Below are positions 25,501 through 40,300 of a stretch of DNA of 64,000 bases, piece by piece; within the stretch, counting starts at the first letter, position 1; every line of letters starts with the position of its first letter. The translations under genes were made by a program, and so were the position numbers. The notes under the pieces are model-generated. The model was not told the origin of the DNA. It made no database searches and worked only from the letters and a program-made list of their open reading frames with translations. Location: assembly GCA_973851085.1 (NCBI GenBank), contig OZ316775.1, positions 15,686,001 through 15,750,000 of the forward strand, written 5' to 3'. The stretch comes from Ptychomitrium polyphyllum (Eukaryota).

Positions 25501-28500
25501 TAATACTTAAGTTGAAATAGAACACTAGTTTTTACCACCATTTGTGGCTTTGTAATTGTATGATATAAGCACCTTAAAATTGATGCAAAGTTTTATGTCT
25601 ACCTCCTTTGTGAATTTCTTGTACTCCATGTAAATTAAGGTGTAATAAATGACTAGCAAGTATTGCATCTACTACTCTTTTTGTGATACATTTTAATTTG
25701 GAATCCATGCATATTTTTATATTAAAATTAAGCTCATGAAATTTAAATCCTTCCATAATAAGACTATCATGTAATAGTACCAATGTTTTTTTGTACTACA
25801 AAACTTCAAATATTAAGTATTGCATGATGTTATCCAATGGCCTTTAATACCCCTAAATAATTTATCTTGATTATTTTAGTGTACCAAAAATTATCTACTA
25901 TTAAATCATGGAACAACCTTAAAAAATGAATAAATTATAATATACCATCATAAGCATTGAATTTTGTAGCCATTGTACTAAGGTTGGAATAATTTTATAT
26001 CCCATACTAGTCATTTTTATTCCAAATATGTGCTCTTACATGTATAAATTTGCACACTATTTACAAACTTGCAAATGAATAAAATAAGGTATAGGTATTT
26101 GATTTTAAACCTAAATGATTTGTTTCTAAGAAATTCTAAGATCTTATGGTAACAACCTTTATAAATAGTGACATTTTTTGTAGTAATAATATGTCCATAT
26201 TATTAAGCTCTTTTGAGCTACTAATTAGCCTATTAAATAAATGCCTAATCTCTAATAAGTATGATATTGTTCATTAAGTGCAAGCAAGCATTGTATGGTT
26301 TTCAAACAATGAAAAGATATTATTTTAGGAATCACCTAATTTTGCAACATTTTATACATAGATTAATATTGTCACTTAACAAATTATTTTTTGATACTCA
26401 TATATATTGGAATACAAATTTAAACTCACAACTCCAAAATTGTGATGTGTTTCACTTTAAGCTATCTTTTGTTTTAAAAAGCTAGAGGAAATTATACCAC
26501 TGCATGTTCTACTATTAAAACTAATTCTTTTGTAATTGCAAAGATTACAAGTGATACCATTAAAGCACATGTGTGGTTTAACTAGACTAGCTTAAATTTA
26601 ATAATTGCTTTCTGCATAACTAAATTAATGTTATTAGCAAAGATTAATAGGAAGTAGTCATGATCAAATAAATTCATAAAATTCTACCATATGCATGTAA
26701 TCTTAATGACTAACAATTGCAATTTAAACATGAAAATAATCAAAGTTCAAAAGCCCCTTGATTTCAACATCTTTGTAAATTCTTTTAAATATAGTGAAGA
26801 AGAATGGCAAATCCTATGAAGAAGTAATATAGTTTTAGCATATCTTTTGGTTTTTACTACAATCAATTCTTGAAATTCATCTATTTAATATATATTTTAA
26901 TAATTAGATGGAATTTTTAAACAATCCTCAACTGGTAGCACTTGGCAACTTATTTAATATTATAAAAAACATTACAATTTCCAAATGACAAACATAACCA
27001 TTAAATCATTCATTTTCAATATAGTGCATTAAAATAACATCTTTAAATGATTTATAAAGGCTTATAAATATTTCCATCTTTTCATTAGCCAGTATTAATC
27101 TTGTCTTTTATTTGTTACAAAAGATATCATTAAAAATGTCTTCAAAGCCATTTCTAGGCTTTCAACCTCCAAACCAAGATCAATGGCAAAATTAAGAGCA
27201 TCTAAGTACTTACAATTATTAAATCTCCATTTATTACATCAAACTTAAAGAAAAAATCATTAAAATAAGATGAAAGTATAATTGTTAGTTTTGAAATAGA
27301 TTTTATATGTATGGGTTTTAAATTTCAAGCATACATGAAGCATACCAGTTGACTATTGATTCAACAAATCCTTGCTTTATGCATAGCCATGTTATCATTG
27401 GTCTTTCTTATTCTTTAAAAATTTAAAACCTTATATTCTCCATCAAATATATTGCTACCTTTTTAAATATCATGGATGAAACCATGAACATGTATGGAGC
27501 AAAATTGGCTTCAATTGGTGTCTCTTCAATTGAAGATTTGCATATTTTAGATTCATATTTAAGAATTAAATTATTATATTGTAGTTGGAACCTGCACAAC
27601 TTGGTAATCAACTCTAAATTTTACTACATATAAGATACAAGTGGCCTTATTTAAAATACTTTCATTCTATACTTCTATAGATTAAAGCAAACTATTGGTT
27701 TGCAAGGTACAAATGTACATAGAAGTGCTAATAAAATATTTTGACCTTCATGCTTATTTTCTTGTCCTTTCAACTAAGAAATCATATTGCATCTATTGCG
27801 TTTATATGGATGCTAAATATAGGCATCAATATCTTTCCATAATTAACTATAGCCAATGCTGCTTTATGTTTGCTAGCATGCAAAACAACAATATTGTTTC
27901 TAGGAAATTTCAATGCATGAGGCAATTTCTTCATTTCATTGTCATGCAATCTTAAATCATCTTCCAAGCATGTCTTCTTTAAATCCACAAATGTTATTAA
28001 AGACTTCAAAATAAATCCATAGTAATTTATTGTATGACAAAATTTAAGTTGTAATTTCCTTAAATCTTCCAACTCAATCCCTTCTTTGCAATTAAGTCAC
28101 TTATAGAAATAATATGCTTTTATAATGTATTTTCAATACAATTTTCTTTATAACAATATATTACAACATGTTTAAAATTATATCATGTAAACTTATATCT
28201 TCTATAAAGTTCTAAAATACTCTAGTGCCAATGTTTGACCTTTGTCTAAAATTAATATGAAGGATTAGTTCCAAGGTTATAACTTTAGATAGATTATATT
28301 GTATTTGCATCATCAATTATGTTTTTTCCAAACACCTCTTTTGGTTCTTCACACTTCCCCTTGTCATTTGGATTCCCTTAGATAAGTGTAGCTTTAGCAC
28401 AATAAATCATCCATCTTGCCATAGTTGTCATTCCTATCCAAGTCTCAAGATCCTAAAATTCCACTCCTAAAAATTTCATTACTTTCAATTATAGACTTAA

Positions 28501-29499
28501 AAATGTCATCACTAATCTCATTAAGGAGCAAGGTTTCTTCCTCCAATGATAGAGCTTAACTTCTTTGAATATTCTTGCCTCACCAATTTCCACAAGAATT
28601 TTATTTTCTTTCTCCTTGAAATAATTCCACCTTCTTTGGCTTTTTCTTTCAAGTCTTTTTAACAAATGCAACCTCTTTTAAACACAACATTTCTTTGATT
28701 TCCTTGTAAATGTCTAAAATCATTCTTTTGAATATAATCCAATCCTAATATGGATTCTTTCAACCTTGACTTTGTCAACTATCTTAGAGCAAATGCTATT
28801 AGCTATTCCAATTTGCCATTGCAAATATTATTACAATACATTTCAGTTTTGAAAATGAAATTGATGAAGTCAAATAGTTTGAGATGGTCACCTTACTTTA
28901 GAAGCGCAAAACCTTTACAATGCCACAAATGTTATAGTTGTGCCTTTCAGTATATGTCATGTTTTTGAACTTGCATTGAAGCCATGAAAAGACCTACAAG
29001 TAGATTGCAAGATATATAAATCAATCTTTTTTTTTTTGCTCATCTTTTTTAATTGTAGCGGCATCAATTTCAAGTTTGAGCGGTACTTCTAGAAACAAAT
29101 TAACAACCGCCAACATGTAACCAAAATTTCCTTTTCTTCTAATATACAAAATTAAATAATCCATTCATTTTTGTCACAAAAAATTTAAACTTTACCAATT
29201 GGTTTCTATAATATAAAAAACAACAACTTTTTTTATTTTTCAAATTTAACAAAGAAAAAAATAAACAAAGATTAATTTGGGTTCCAAAGATGATAAATCA
29301 AACTAATTGCAAAGCCAAAGGAAAGCCCCCAACTAGTAGACTGAAATCCTCCACCGCATAAAAGAGAGTTTTTACACCATGTAATAAAACAATCAAAAGA
29401 CAAAAAAGCCTACTTATGCTTATTATGCTAATTAAAATATACAAAAATCTCAGACTTGCTATTCATTTTAGCAAAAATGGTGTTTTCCAAAATTTGGAG

Positions 29500-29920
29500 G
29501 TACATGGCAAGGAAGTTTAAGGACTCATGACAAAAGAAAAAACAACTTTTAGTGCACCAAATTTGCTAAAAGATAGCTACTTTGAAGACATTCCAAGCGG
29601 CATTTTGAGGCTACTTGCACAAATGGTATTCTTGGCAATCATGAACACTTTGGTGTAATGCCATTGATCATTTCCCTCTAGGCCAAGTCCAAGGCGCAAC
29701 ATACACCTTTTGTACAATGCCAAACCTTGTGAGCAAAATTGCAACCAAAATATAAAGGCTTCATGGTCTTTTAAAGTCACCTAAATAACAACAACATTTA
29801 TTATCAAATCCCATACATGAAGCCCAATTGCCAGTGGATAAACCACCATAATTTATCTACCAAATTAAGGCTATAAGTTTGAAATCTTGTTCTTGTCCCA
29901 AATTAACTTTATATATTGTT
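29500..29920 (-). mobile_element. Decayed LINE (non-LTR retrotransposon) ORF2 C-terminal remnant, zf-RVT region
   Basis: Minus-strand translation across frameshifts/stops: IKLIW...//DFKLIALIW*INYGGLSTGNWASCMGFDNKCCC (about 29910-29790), then AHKVWHCTKG, W-LEGNDQWHYTKV and FSKFGA. This fits the W..IW...K...W....L.T...G...C..C zf-RVT pattern followed by a W..RN-like motif. Boundaries uncertain; may extend to about 30.4 kb. Confidence 0.5.
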
Positions 29921-32900
29921 TGGAATTGTTCTTAATAAAGCCAAGGGTCACTTGCTTATAATGCAAGCAACTACTTTAGTTCTTAAATAACATTCCAATA
30001 CAATATCCATCTTGGAAAAATAATTTAAGAACTCCGCTTCCTTGGAGGGCTTGACTTTAAGCCAAATCCACTCCATTGAGTTAAAGGGGAGGTTTTAAAC
30101 CACGTCCATGGATCAGATCCTACCTTCTTAGATGTGAGTAGAATCAGTCTTGGTATGCTTGAGGTCACAATTAGAAATCACCACTTGAACTTTGAAGAAT
30201 GCCAAGTTAGACAAATTCTTAATGAATTCCAATGACCTTGAGGCAAAGTAGTTCTTTTGAGTGTGGGAAAAAATCTTGCCTAAATGAGGAGCTACAAAAG
30301 TAAGTTGAAAAATGTGTTTGATTTTACTTGCTTGCAAGAAGGCCACCCATTCAAGTTCTTCTAAGTCAACTTGCCAACAAAGGCACCATTTAGCTCAAAA
30401 AGCACTAATAAGGGTAGTACGTCACACTTGATTTTGTTGGAAGTTCATGTCTAGGGTAGTAGCAAGAGCCCTTGTTGTCTTTTAGTCATAATGCAAAAGA
30501 TTCCAAATATTGTTAATCCTACTTATGTATTGTTTAGCCTATAAACAACCAAAAATGTAACTAAAACAACTTTCTTGATTAGATTCTAATGACATAACTA
30601 TTTATATAGAAAATATTCTAAACTATGAGCATGTACCTAAAGATTCAATCTTTTTAGCTTTCAAATTAAACATAAAACAATTAGGAACACATTCAAACAA
30701 ATGCAATGATATTCTTTGTGAGCATTGATCCTACAATGCAAATGTTGAAAGACTACTACACTGTAACGTTGAGAAACTAGAGGTAAAAGATCACCAAGAT
30801 TAAGGCAAATCCTAAACTTGATTCTGAGACGATTTCTTTTGCAGAGAACATGAACTAATCTAAACACTGAAGGTATTGAGCAAAACTAGAAGCGCCCTAC
30901 AAAGGTTGAACCCATCCAAGCATCCCAATCATGGAATGCTTGCTCACTTCATCATGCCACTGCTCAAGCTGATAAATTGCCCCTGTTTTAAAAAACACCC
31001 CCTTTACTATGAGGAATCATCATCCACCCCTGTAGTCACAATCACTACTTCCAAGTACCTCTTCAACGTGAGAAACACCCCACAAGGAAATAAGAGAAGG
31101 AGGCACAATCTTCCCATGCACAATAATCCTTGTGACACAAACCCCAACCTCTAATAACCAGGTTGGCCATTCCCAATTTGCTTGTGTAGTTAGTGGATTG
31201 ATTTTGCTAATGATGCAGAGTACTTGTCCTATACATATGTATAGAATTGCAGATATGCCCAAAACCTCACTCAAACCTAAATAACATGTAAACCGTATAT
31301 GGCCCAATTTTATTAAATTTCATAATTATGTCCATGTCAAGGGTCCTGAATAAAATTTAATCAATTGAAAAATCCACCTGGAAACACCTTCAAATCCATG
31401 TTGAATGTTGGCAGAGGAAGCCTGGCATTGTTGGGCACCATAAGGGGTTACTTGTTCATCATCCTGCTTGACGAGAATCCGTAGATTGGGTTATGTTTGC
31501 CTTGGTCAGTGGCAATAGCAAAGGAACATTTTTTTGACTATATATAAGACTATTAGCTTTATCAAGGTAGCAGGCATCAGATTTTGATAGAACTTGCAGA
31601 CATTTCTGGAGGATGTTGGGACCTTGGGACTGTGCAATATGTATCCTTGCAACATACCCTCTCTGACCCTCCAGCACTATTTGCTTCAAATACTGTAGAG
31701 TGCATTGATCAATTTCAAACAGTACAGTACTGTTCTGAAGAAATTGTGAAAGGTGCGCTGAAGTCACTATATTCAAAACAAAATACATGCCATGGAAAGA
31801 TGGACTTAATACATATATAATGCATGTTTATAAAGCAAAAACGTAAGATTTATGTGTAAAGTTATATCATAAATTTTTATTAAAATAAAAGTAGTTGTAA
31901 ATGTTTGAGGGTACTCTATCAAAATACCAAAGACCATGGTTGGACCATTCCATTACCTATCCAAACAACAATTTTAGCATAATGTATGCATAATCTCCTA
32001 GATTTCATTTAAATATCACATTGCATCAAGCATATATATACCACATAATCCCTATAAAAGACTAACATAAATTCACTTTCTTCCATTTTTTCTACCATTC
32101 TTTAATTCCACATGCACCCAATCTCAACTCCATAATTATTGCTCTTTTGTAAATTTTCCAACAAATTTTGTCTCTTGTAATTATTAAATATATAATTATT
32201 AATTCTCAAATATTTTATAATTGGTAAATATAGAGTGTTTTCTCTTTCATATATTTTTTTATAAAACTTAAGGTTTAAGAAAAAAATTACATTAAATTGT
32301 AAAGGATTGGAATTTAATATGAGCATGAATTTTCAACTTTGAAAATTCATTAAAATACAGAAATTAAAAGGTCATCAGTTATTAGGAATAATTGAATGGC
32401 CTGATTTGATTTACAACCAAAAAGACAGTAGATGGAGATCTATTTCGATTTTGGTGGATAAAAGCCTATTTATAATTCTACTCAATAAATATAGATACCA
32501 TATTTTTTTCCTTAAAGAAGTTTTAAAGTGACAAGTTTAATCCATAAAGTCTTTATTTTTAAGAACAAGAAAGCACTTTGATATTCCAAATTTTAGAAAC
32601 TACAATACATTTGGCTTTATGTTTTTAGGTGCATTTAATTATTAATATTATTTTCACAATTTATCTATTATTGACCATAATTTTAATGTTTGGTTTATGC
32701 AAAAGTATAAATCACAACATTCTTTGTTTTAGGAGGTATCATATATAAGTACTTTCATCTTGCAAGCAAAATTCCATTTATGTTCTTAGATTAAAACCTC
32801 ACTTTATTATGTATATAAGTATTTGTTTTCTTTACGGAAGATAAATGAAACTTTGTTAAAGATTGCATCGGATTTTCATACAACAATTTCATTTTGATTT

Positions 32901-34289
32901 TATGTAGTTTGCACTTATAATGTAATGTTGTAAATACTAAGTTTAATGTATAAAATAAATTGTATGTGACTTTAACAAAATAGCACAAGTTTTTATGTCA
33001 AAAAGTCAATGAGCAATGTCAACATACCATTTATATGTTATAATTTTATTTTCATTTATAAGCATCCCATGAATTAAAATTTTACAATTTTAAATTGATT
33101 TTACAATCCTTAATAAAAATATTGGAACTGAATCACGTTAAGATTAATAATCATGTATTTTCTAATAACCTTTTTTTATTGAATCTAAAAACATTAATAA
33201 GATCTTTAACTATCAAGAAGTGATTAAACATAACATTAAATATTAAAATTATATACCATGTTAATTTTAACATCTATGATAAATCTAATTTTTTAAAGAT
33301 TATGAAACATTTAAAATAAATTTTTATTAATTATAACAAAATGAAAGAAAAAATTTGCAAAAAAAATTAGCAGCAAGTTTTAAACCAAAGATACCATAGA
33401 GATAAGATCCAAAATTTACATTCCAAAAAAAATTGAATTTAAGGATGTGTTTTTTTTTTCCCTCCTCACTTTGGTCCTTCTCAAAACAAGAGAAATTTTC
33501 TCAAGCAAGTTCCTTTAGTTCATCCTAGGTGTCCACAATTCCTCTAATATTCTTGCCAAATTATAATTGTTTTATTACTTGAGTTAAAGAAATAATAAAA
33601 CTAAAATTATATTGGTGGATAATTTTAATGAAGAAGTACATTTTATACATTTTGTCTTAATTCTAAAAGACACAAGTAAATGGTGTTTTAGAAAAAGACC
33701 ATCATTTGTATTATTTTTTTATTTTTTTGTTATCAATTGATAGAATGAATTTTTGGTATTTTTCTTATTTTATCATCTATGTGTATTACATAACATAATT
33801 ATATAACATTTCAACCATACAAATGGTCATTACATAATTACATGTAAGAACATTAATTATAATTTCGTAGATCCAATGTGCATAAAAGATTTATTTCTTT
33901 TAAATACTAGTCCATGCTTAATATAATAGCATTGATATGCTCAATTTAAAGCAAAGAGAAAAAACTATAAATGATCATTGCAAAAGATCCATTTATACAC
34001 TACTCCTTAATTTCAATCATCCAAATGTAAATTTATATTGCTATATTTGGCACTTTATTCATTCAATTGAATCAATAAAATTCATTGATTGTGTTAGTAA
34101 TTTAAAATGTAATTTATAATTGTGATATCTAACTTCACCAACTTTAAATTATGCAACACATTAGAATTATGTGTAAATTTGTTCCTTTTTCATCTAAATA
34201 TCATTGTGATTATACTTTCTTTTCTACTTCATTCATAATAATTGAAGCACATTTTTTGATGTTTCACCTACTTGAATAAAATATATATC

Positions 34290-34346
34290 CACACACACAA
34301 CACAACACAACAAAACAAAACAAAACAAAACAAAACAAAAAAAAAA
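34290..34346. repeat. Compound microsatellite (CA)n-(CAACA)n-(CAAAA)n-poly(A)
   Basis: Directly visible: cacacacacaacacaacacaa caaaa x6 aaaaaa. Confidence 0.9.
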
Positions 34347-37300
34347 CCTCCAAGAATTAAAAGCAACTTCCTTGCAAGTCCATAGAGATTTTTGTGAATA
34401 AAATAATTTGCTCTCTTCAACTACTAAACCTCCTCCATTTCACTTACAGCCATGACTTTATTTGCAGGACTAACTTCAACTACAATACAAACATCAAAAG
34501 CCAAAAATACAATACCTAGTCAAAGAGTCCATAACTTCAAATGCCATAAACAACAAGAAGAGTACCTTCAAGTAAAGTTGGTCTGCAATTCAACTTCTCA
34601 CACTTTCTCCAAGAGAGAGATGCTCCTACAGAATATGTACTCTTCTGGGTTACAGTGTCCAACCAAATACTACAGAATTGGTTTTTCAAATGATATGATA
34701 TGGCAACCCAAGCTGCAATGGAAGGTTATGTTTATTTCTACCTGTATATTACCATGTAGGAGTCACCCTAACTGTAGCTTCTGGTTGTCTAAAGTACAGA
34801 TGGGCTACTAAGATTGGCCAGGCCTGGTGCTGCTGCGGGTGATGTTTCATGATCTTTCCACCACAAATTGAACAGTCACCACTCAAATTTGGTTGGTCTA
34901 TATAAGTACAAGACCAGACTCCATTTTTGTCAAATTAGACAACATTTACAATTTAATCCATTCAAGGGCTGCTCTCCAACAACAGCTTTACACAGACAGG
35001 AAACAGTGGTGGCAGGGCATTAAAAATTGGGACAATGGTGCAAGGTCATGCCTTATTTGTGGGTACTGTTGGCAAAGGTATTGAATTTAGTGTAGAAATA
35101 CTTAACTACTGTTAGCCGCCCGATTCGATTTTATCGATGGCGCAGATCCACTGAATCTTCCGTGTGGTGACCGCTGGGCAGGCCATCAAATCTTCGGTGC
35201 CAAGCCCCATGAATTGTGTGTGGCGTTTCAAGGCTTCTTATAGTAAGCCTACCTACGACCTCACGCCCTCTCCTGATGCCTATTCTTGGTTTTGCACAGG
35301 ACTCGCAAACGATTTACTTTGCTTTGCAATGTGCCAGGTAGCCCAATGGAAATCAATCTGCTTACAAAATTTCATCATGCCAACAGCACAGAAGAAGGGG
35401 CTTGCATAATTTGTATGAAAAATACAGACATTTGAAAACTTTTCTTAAGTCTGCCCATCATCTCATGGGCCCCTTTGACCTTTCAGTTCCTTTTTCTCAT
35501 TCTGCTAATGGACACCAGCTCTCAAATAAACAGAAGAATCAAAATCAAAAACCCTTACTAGGTTATATTGGATCAACACATTGAGTATCTCTTATCCATT
35601 ATCTTGGTTTTCCTAGGAACCCCATACTTGCTTACTTACAGATAATATTCAAGCCTTGCTTCAAGCAATACATGACGATGTGTACCTCTGAACTTCTGTA
35701 GGCCAGCTCTTGTCAGGTGGAGTAGGGACTTAACTTTGCACAGTGTGCATGACACTCTCGTGGACATTGACATGGTTGAATATTGGAAAACAGCAAGCTA
35801 CTTTGTCAAAGAAAACTTGTGGAACTATGCAGGTTTGGACTCCAGGCCTCCAGATCAGCCTCCTTCACAAGTACTCATTCAACCATGTCATATAATATTC
35901 TAGAGAGATTTGGTTTTTATAAACTGGTCTAAGAGTAAATCTCTTCCAGTAACTACTTGAAAACATTGTGGACAGCAGCATAACATTGCAAGCTTATAAG
36001 CATGAAGGCCCCTATGCTTGTGAATATTTTCTAAGAACATTCTAGGACACGTTGATTTTGATTGTGCAGATATTTTTTACAAATACTTTGAAAGTTATTG
36101 CAGCAAACTATTTTTATCATTATTAGTAAATAAAGAGTATACTTGAAGCATGTATTAATATTAACAATGTATCAAATGTTCCTATAGTTTGATTTCAAAA
36201 ATAAGGATTTAAATGTCTATTTTAAAAAGGGTTAAAATTCTATGTATCTCTTGAAAACAAACTTTTGTGATGTCACTTACAAATCTATAAAAAACCTTAC
36301 AAGGAAATTTCTCTCATGAAAAAAGGTTATAAGGGCAAATCCAAATTTAAATATGTAGCTTCTTAAGCTTGTTTGTATTTCCTAGAATTTAGTACAAAGA
36401 ATAAAGTTTTTACAAATCTAAGAAGTCTGTTTTTGTAAAAAAAAAACAAAATCAACTTTTAAAGAATTTGAACACAAAGCTACAATAAATTATGCCATAT
36501 TAAAGGAAGATCTAATTAATGCTATTCCAAGCTATTGATATCATCTTTAAGATTCTAAATACATTTTCCATAAGAAAATTAAACATTAATTATTTATGTA
36601 CCAATATTATTCATGTCTATCATATATAACGTTTATTAATGGCAAGAACTAGATATAAAGTAAAGTAAGGTTCAATCTTAAGCTATGTAGCACAAATTTT
36701 TAAGAAATCAATTACATGTAATAAGAACAAATTCATGCTTAATGAAAAGTTATTTTTAGTTTTATTTCCAATCTTTTGACCAAAACATGATATTCTATTT
36801 GAATTTGTAAAGTCACTTTGCCATTAATTAAAAATGAATAATTTTATTTAAATTTATAAACTTCAAGTTCACATGCTACTATTAAATTTATTTGATTGAC
36901 AATTTCTAAGCACAAAAAAAAACACTATATATATGCCTTGTGTTTAATTTGTATTAAATCATAAAAATTAATGATCCACTATATAGATTACAAGCAAATT
37001 CATTATAAAATGTATACTTTTGAAAATTTTATAATTATAATAATGAAACTTTTTTACAATTTTTTTTTAATAGATGACATATAGAGATTATATAGCTCCA
37101 AAACAAATTTTAGAACTTAGACTAAGTTGGACGTTGCAAAGACCAATACTTAAATACTTGATTTCATTTCTCTATAATTTTCATCCATTCAACTTTTTCC
37201 ATTCAAAGACTTTCTTTTGATAAATACTATGATAAATCAATCAAATGGCTTTAAAGACTTATAAAATCAATGTTTTTATAAAATTTCATAACTTATGAGT

Positions 37301-40300
37301 ACTTAAATGCTATGGATTAAAGACAAATTTTATATTTTCTATGTGTCTATTTATCTATCTAATTTTCCATTTAAAGAGCATAGAAAGAAAGCTGATCATA
37401 ATTCAATTAATTGATTGTTAACCAATTTTTTATTTTATTTTATTTTTCATTTAAAAAAAGATGATGTAAAATATTATGTTTGTAGATTTTTTGATTAGTG
37501 ATAAATACAAATGAATCTAAAATGAATCTTGATCCAATGTATTATATAATTATTCTACTAGCCAAATATACCACACAAAATCTTAATTTCATAATCGTTG
37601 GTTTAACTTTGTGGTTACATTGGTTTTTTGAAAGTAGAATCTTAAAACCAAAAAAAAAATTTATCAAAAAAAAAAAAAACAATTTGAATTAAACAAGAAA
37701 TTTCTTCTAAATTTTAAAACATGCCAAGAAAACAACATACATTGATTATTTCTATATGCTATTTGAAAAGAAATTTAAATAAAATTTTCATTTAGTAAAT
37801 TGAAGATAATGGCAAAAAAATTTTACCATCTATTTGAATTATTTGGTAGAATGGATAAATGATTTTTTTTATCAATTTAAATTCATAAATAAAATTTTAA
37901 ACAAAGCTAGACTTAAAGAATGAAATTGATATAAGATTTTATATTAAGGAATATACATATTATTAAGAAAGCAATAAAGACTATAATTAAAGAAATATTT
38001 AATGATATGGTTTGTCCATATTGAAAGTTCTCTTGAATACCTTTGAATTATATTCTTAAGGCCTAAAAAAAAACTCTTTAGATTGTAAATAAAAAAACCA
38101 TGTGGGTTCCAACAATAAAACACTTTTTATCTAAAAACTATTATAGAAGGAAGTTCTTGAATATATAAAAAACCTTACCTTGATGGTGCACTTTTAAAAC
38201 AACCACATCTTTATCAAAAAAATATTTTTAATAGGTTTATATTAAATTTTTCCATGTGATTTTATCGTCATCCTAAGCTATTTTTTAAACAGGAAAACAA
38301 TTTTGAATCTTCAATTTAAATATTCTTTTAGTGAAAAAATTTATCTTGAAAATCAATTTATTATTATTATTTTTTCATTAAAAATGAGTCTATTACATTA
38401 TGGCTATATAATGGAATTTTTCAAATCTTAAAAACTTATACAAAGGTGGAAGAAAAAAATAAGATGGAATTACATCTTCTCTATCATCAACTACCTTTTT
38501 ATTTCTAAAGACAAACAATGGAATCTAATGTTATGCATGAAGTAACACAGAGGTGGAACAAACAAAAACTTTATTCATACTAAGTCTTTTTTTAAATCAA
38601 AATTATTTTCTTTTTTGCATAATTAAAATTATTAATTAAGACAAAAAGATTGAAAACTTTCATACTGAAAGTCTTTGTATACCTAATTGGTAAATATACT
38701 CATCTTATCTAAAATAAGGCCATAGAATTTTTAAATTGATTAAAATAAGAAACAATCTTAATCAGAAATAAATTTAATAGATTTTTGTATTTTAAAGGAG
38801 GCAAGGCTACAAATTTTTACATTTTTCCATATGAATTTAAAAAAAAGTACTAATCATAATATTAATGTATAGAATGAATATCATTAATATCAATGCATAT
38901 TATTATTTGACAAAAAATACATAATCACATTTACAAATGTTTTAGTATATATAATTATATGATGGGAGTTAAAAGCATTAATATCTCATGCCTATGATGA
39001 ATGAACCAATTGCTACAAGTTTATCATATTAATTTTTGCTTCATATATTTATATATTTTGTTTCATTTAGAAATGTAGAGAGTTTTATAATTCACATTTA
39101 GAATTTGTACATAGCAATATAATTACGGGAATCATGGAAGCATATAAAGCACATAAATTAAATTTCTCTCCTTGGAATTTATTCACTGGTGAAATTTAAG
39201 CTCAAACAACCTTATTATAGTGTTAATTTTTTTCACCAAGGGACTGCGCCATTGCAATCAACTTCAAGTCCCTTTTCTTTCTTTCTTTCTTTCTTTTTCC
39301 ATAAAGGAAACCAACTCAGATAGTTTTCAATGGTGTATCACCAGCATTTTTTAGCTTAATGACCAAGATGTTGTAATGTAGCAGAGATGCAGAGATGCAG
39401 GGTCACGTACCTGAAGAATATAATGAAGCAACTCTAAATACCTGTATTAAATGGTTTGTACAATAGAAAAATGTTGTTGTTTTATTATGTCTGGACACAA
39501 TAGGTGGTATTTCTATTATTTCAAATTAACTACACTTATAAAAGAAAACCTGGTTGCAAATGCAAAGACTTGTTGTCAGGAGCAACTGCTTGAGGTTGAG
39601 CACCAGCTTGTGTTCATGTTTGAGATGGACATCAAAAAGAGGTAAGTTTGGTGTTACTCTCCTTCATAAGTTATTCTAGATGCAAGGTAAGTGTAGCCAG
39701 TTGTGGAAGTCAGGCTTTTGTCTGACTGATATTTCAACATTTCCACACTAGTAAACAGTAGAATTGTGATGTTCTGCATGCGTCTGCATATTCACTCCCA
39801 GCCATGTGCTGACACAGAAGAACATTCATTCTAAGGTAGAATCCCCTAAAAGTGACCACCATATTACTGTGGCTATTTTTAATATACTTGTGTATGTGGA
39901 ATCATTTTGGAGAGATTAGCAAATGAAAATGTAATATTAATGAATTCATAATTTTGGATAAGTGTGTAATGCCTTTTAAAGATTTAAAGAATACCATCAT
40001 AATTTCTTCTATTTTGGTCATTAGCTACTTAGATACAGAACATGCATATGTCTTAGTGGAAATTCATTCTTGTTCTCACTAATTTACAAATCTATTAAGA
40101 GATCCCAATCTATTTGTTCAAAACTTTTCTTCCCAATAGAATACCACTACTTTCAAAAAAAGTATTGAACAAAAAAAGACGGAACATGAAGAATGTCGAT
40201 ATGTGTCTCAATACACTAAATGTTGCATTACCATTTGTCAAGAAAATATTATTGTACTGAAAAATGAAACAAAAAAACTAATACATTGTGGAATATCATT

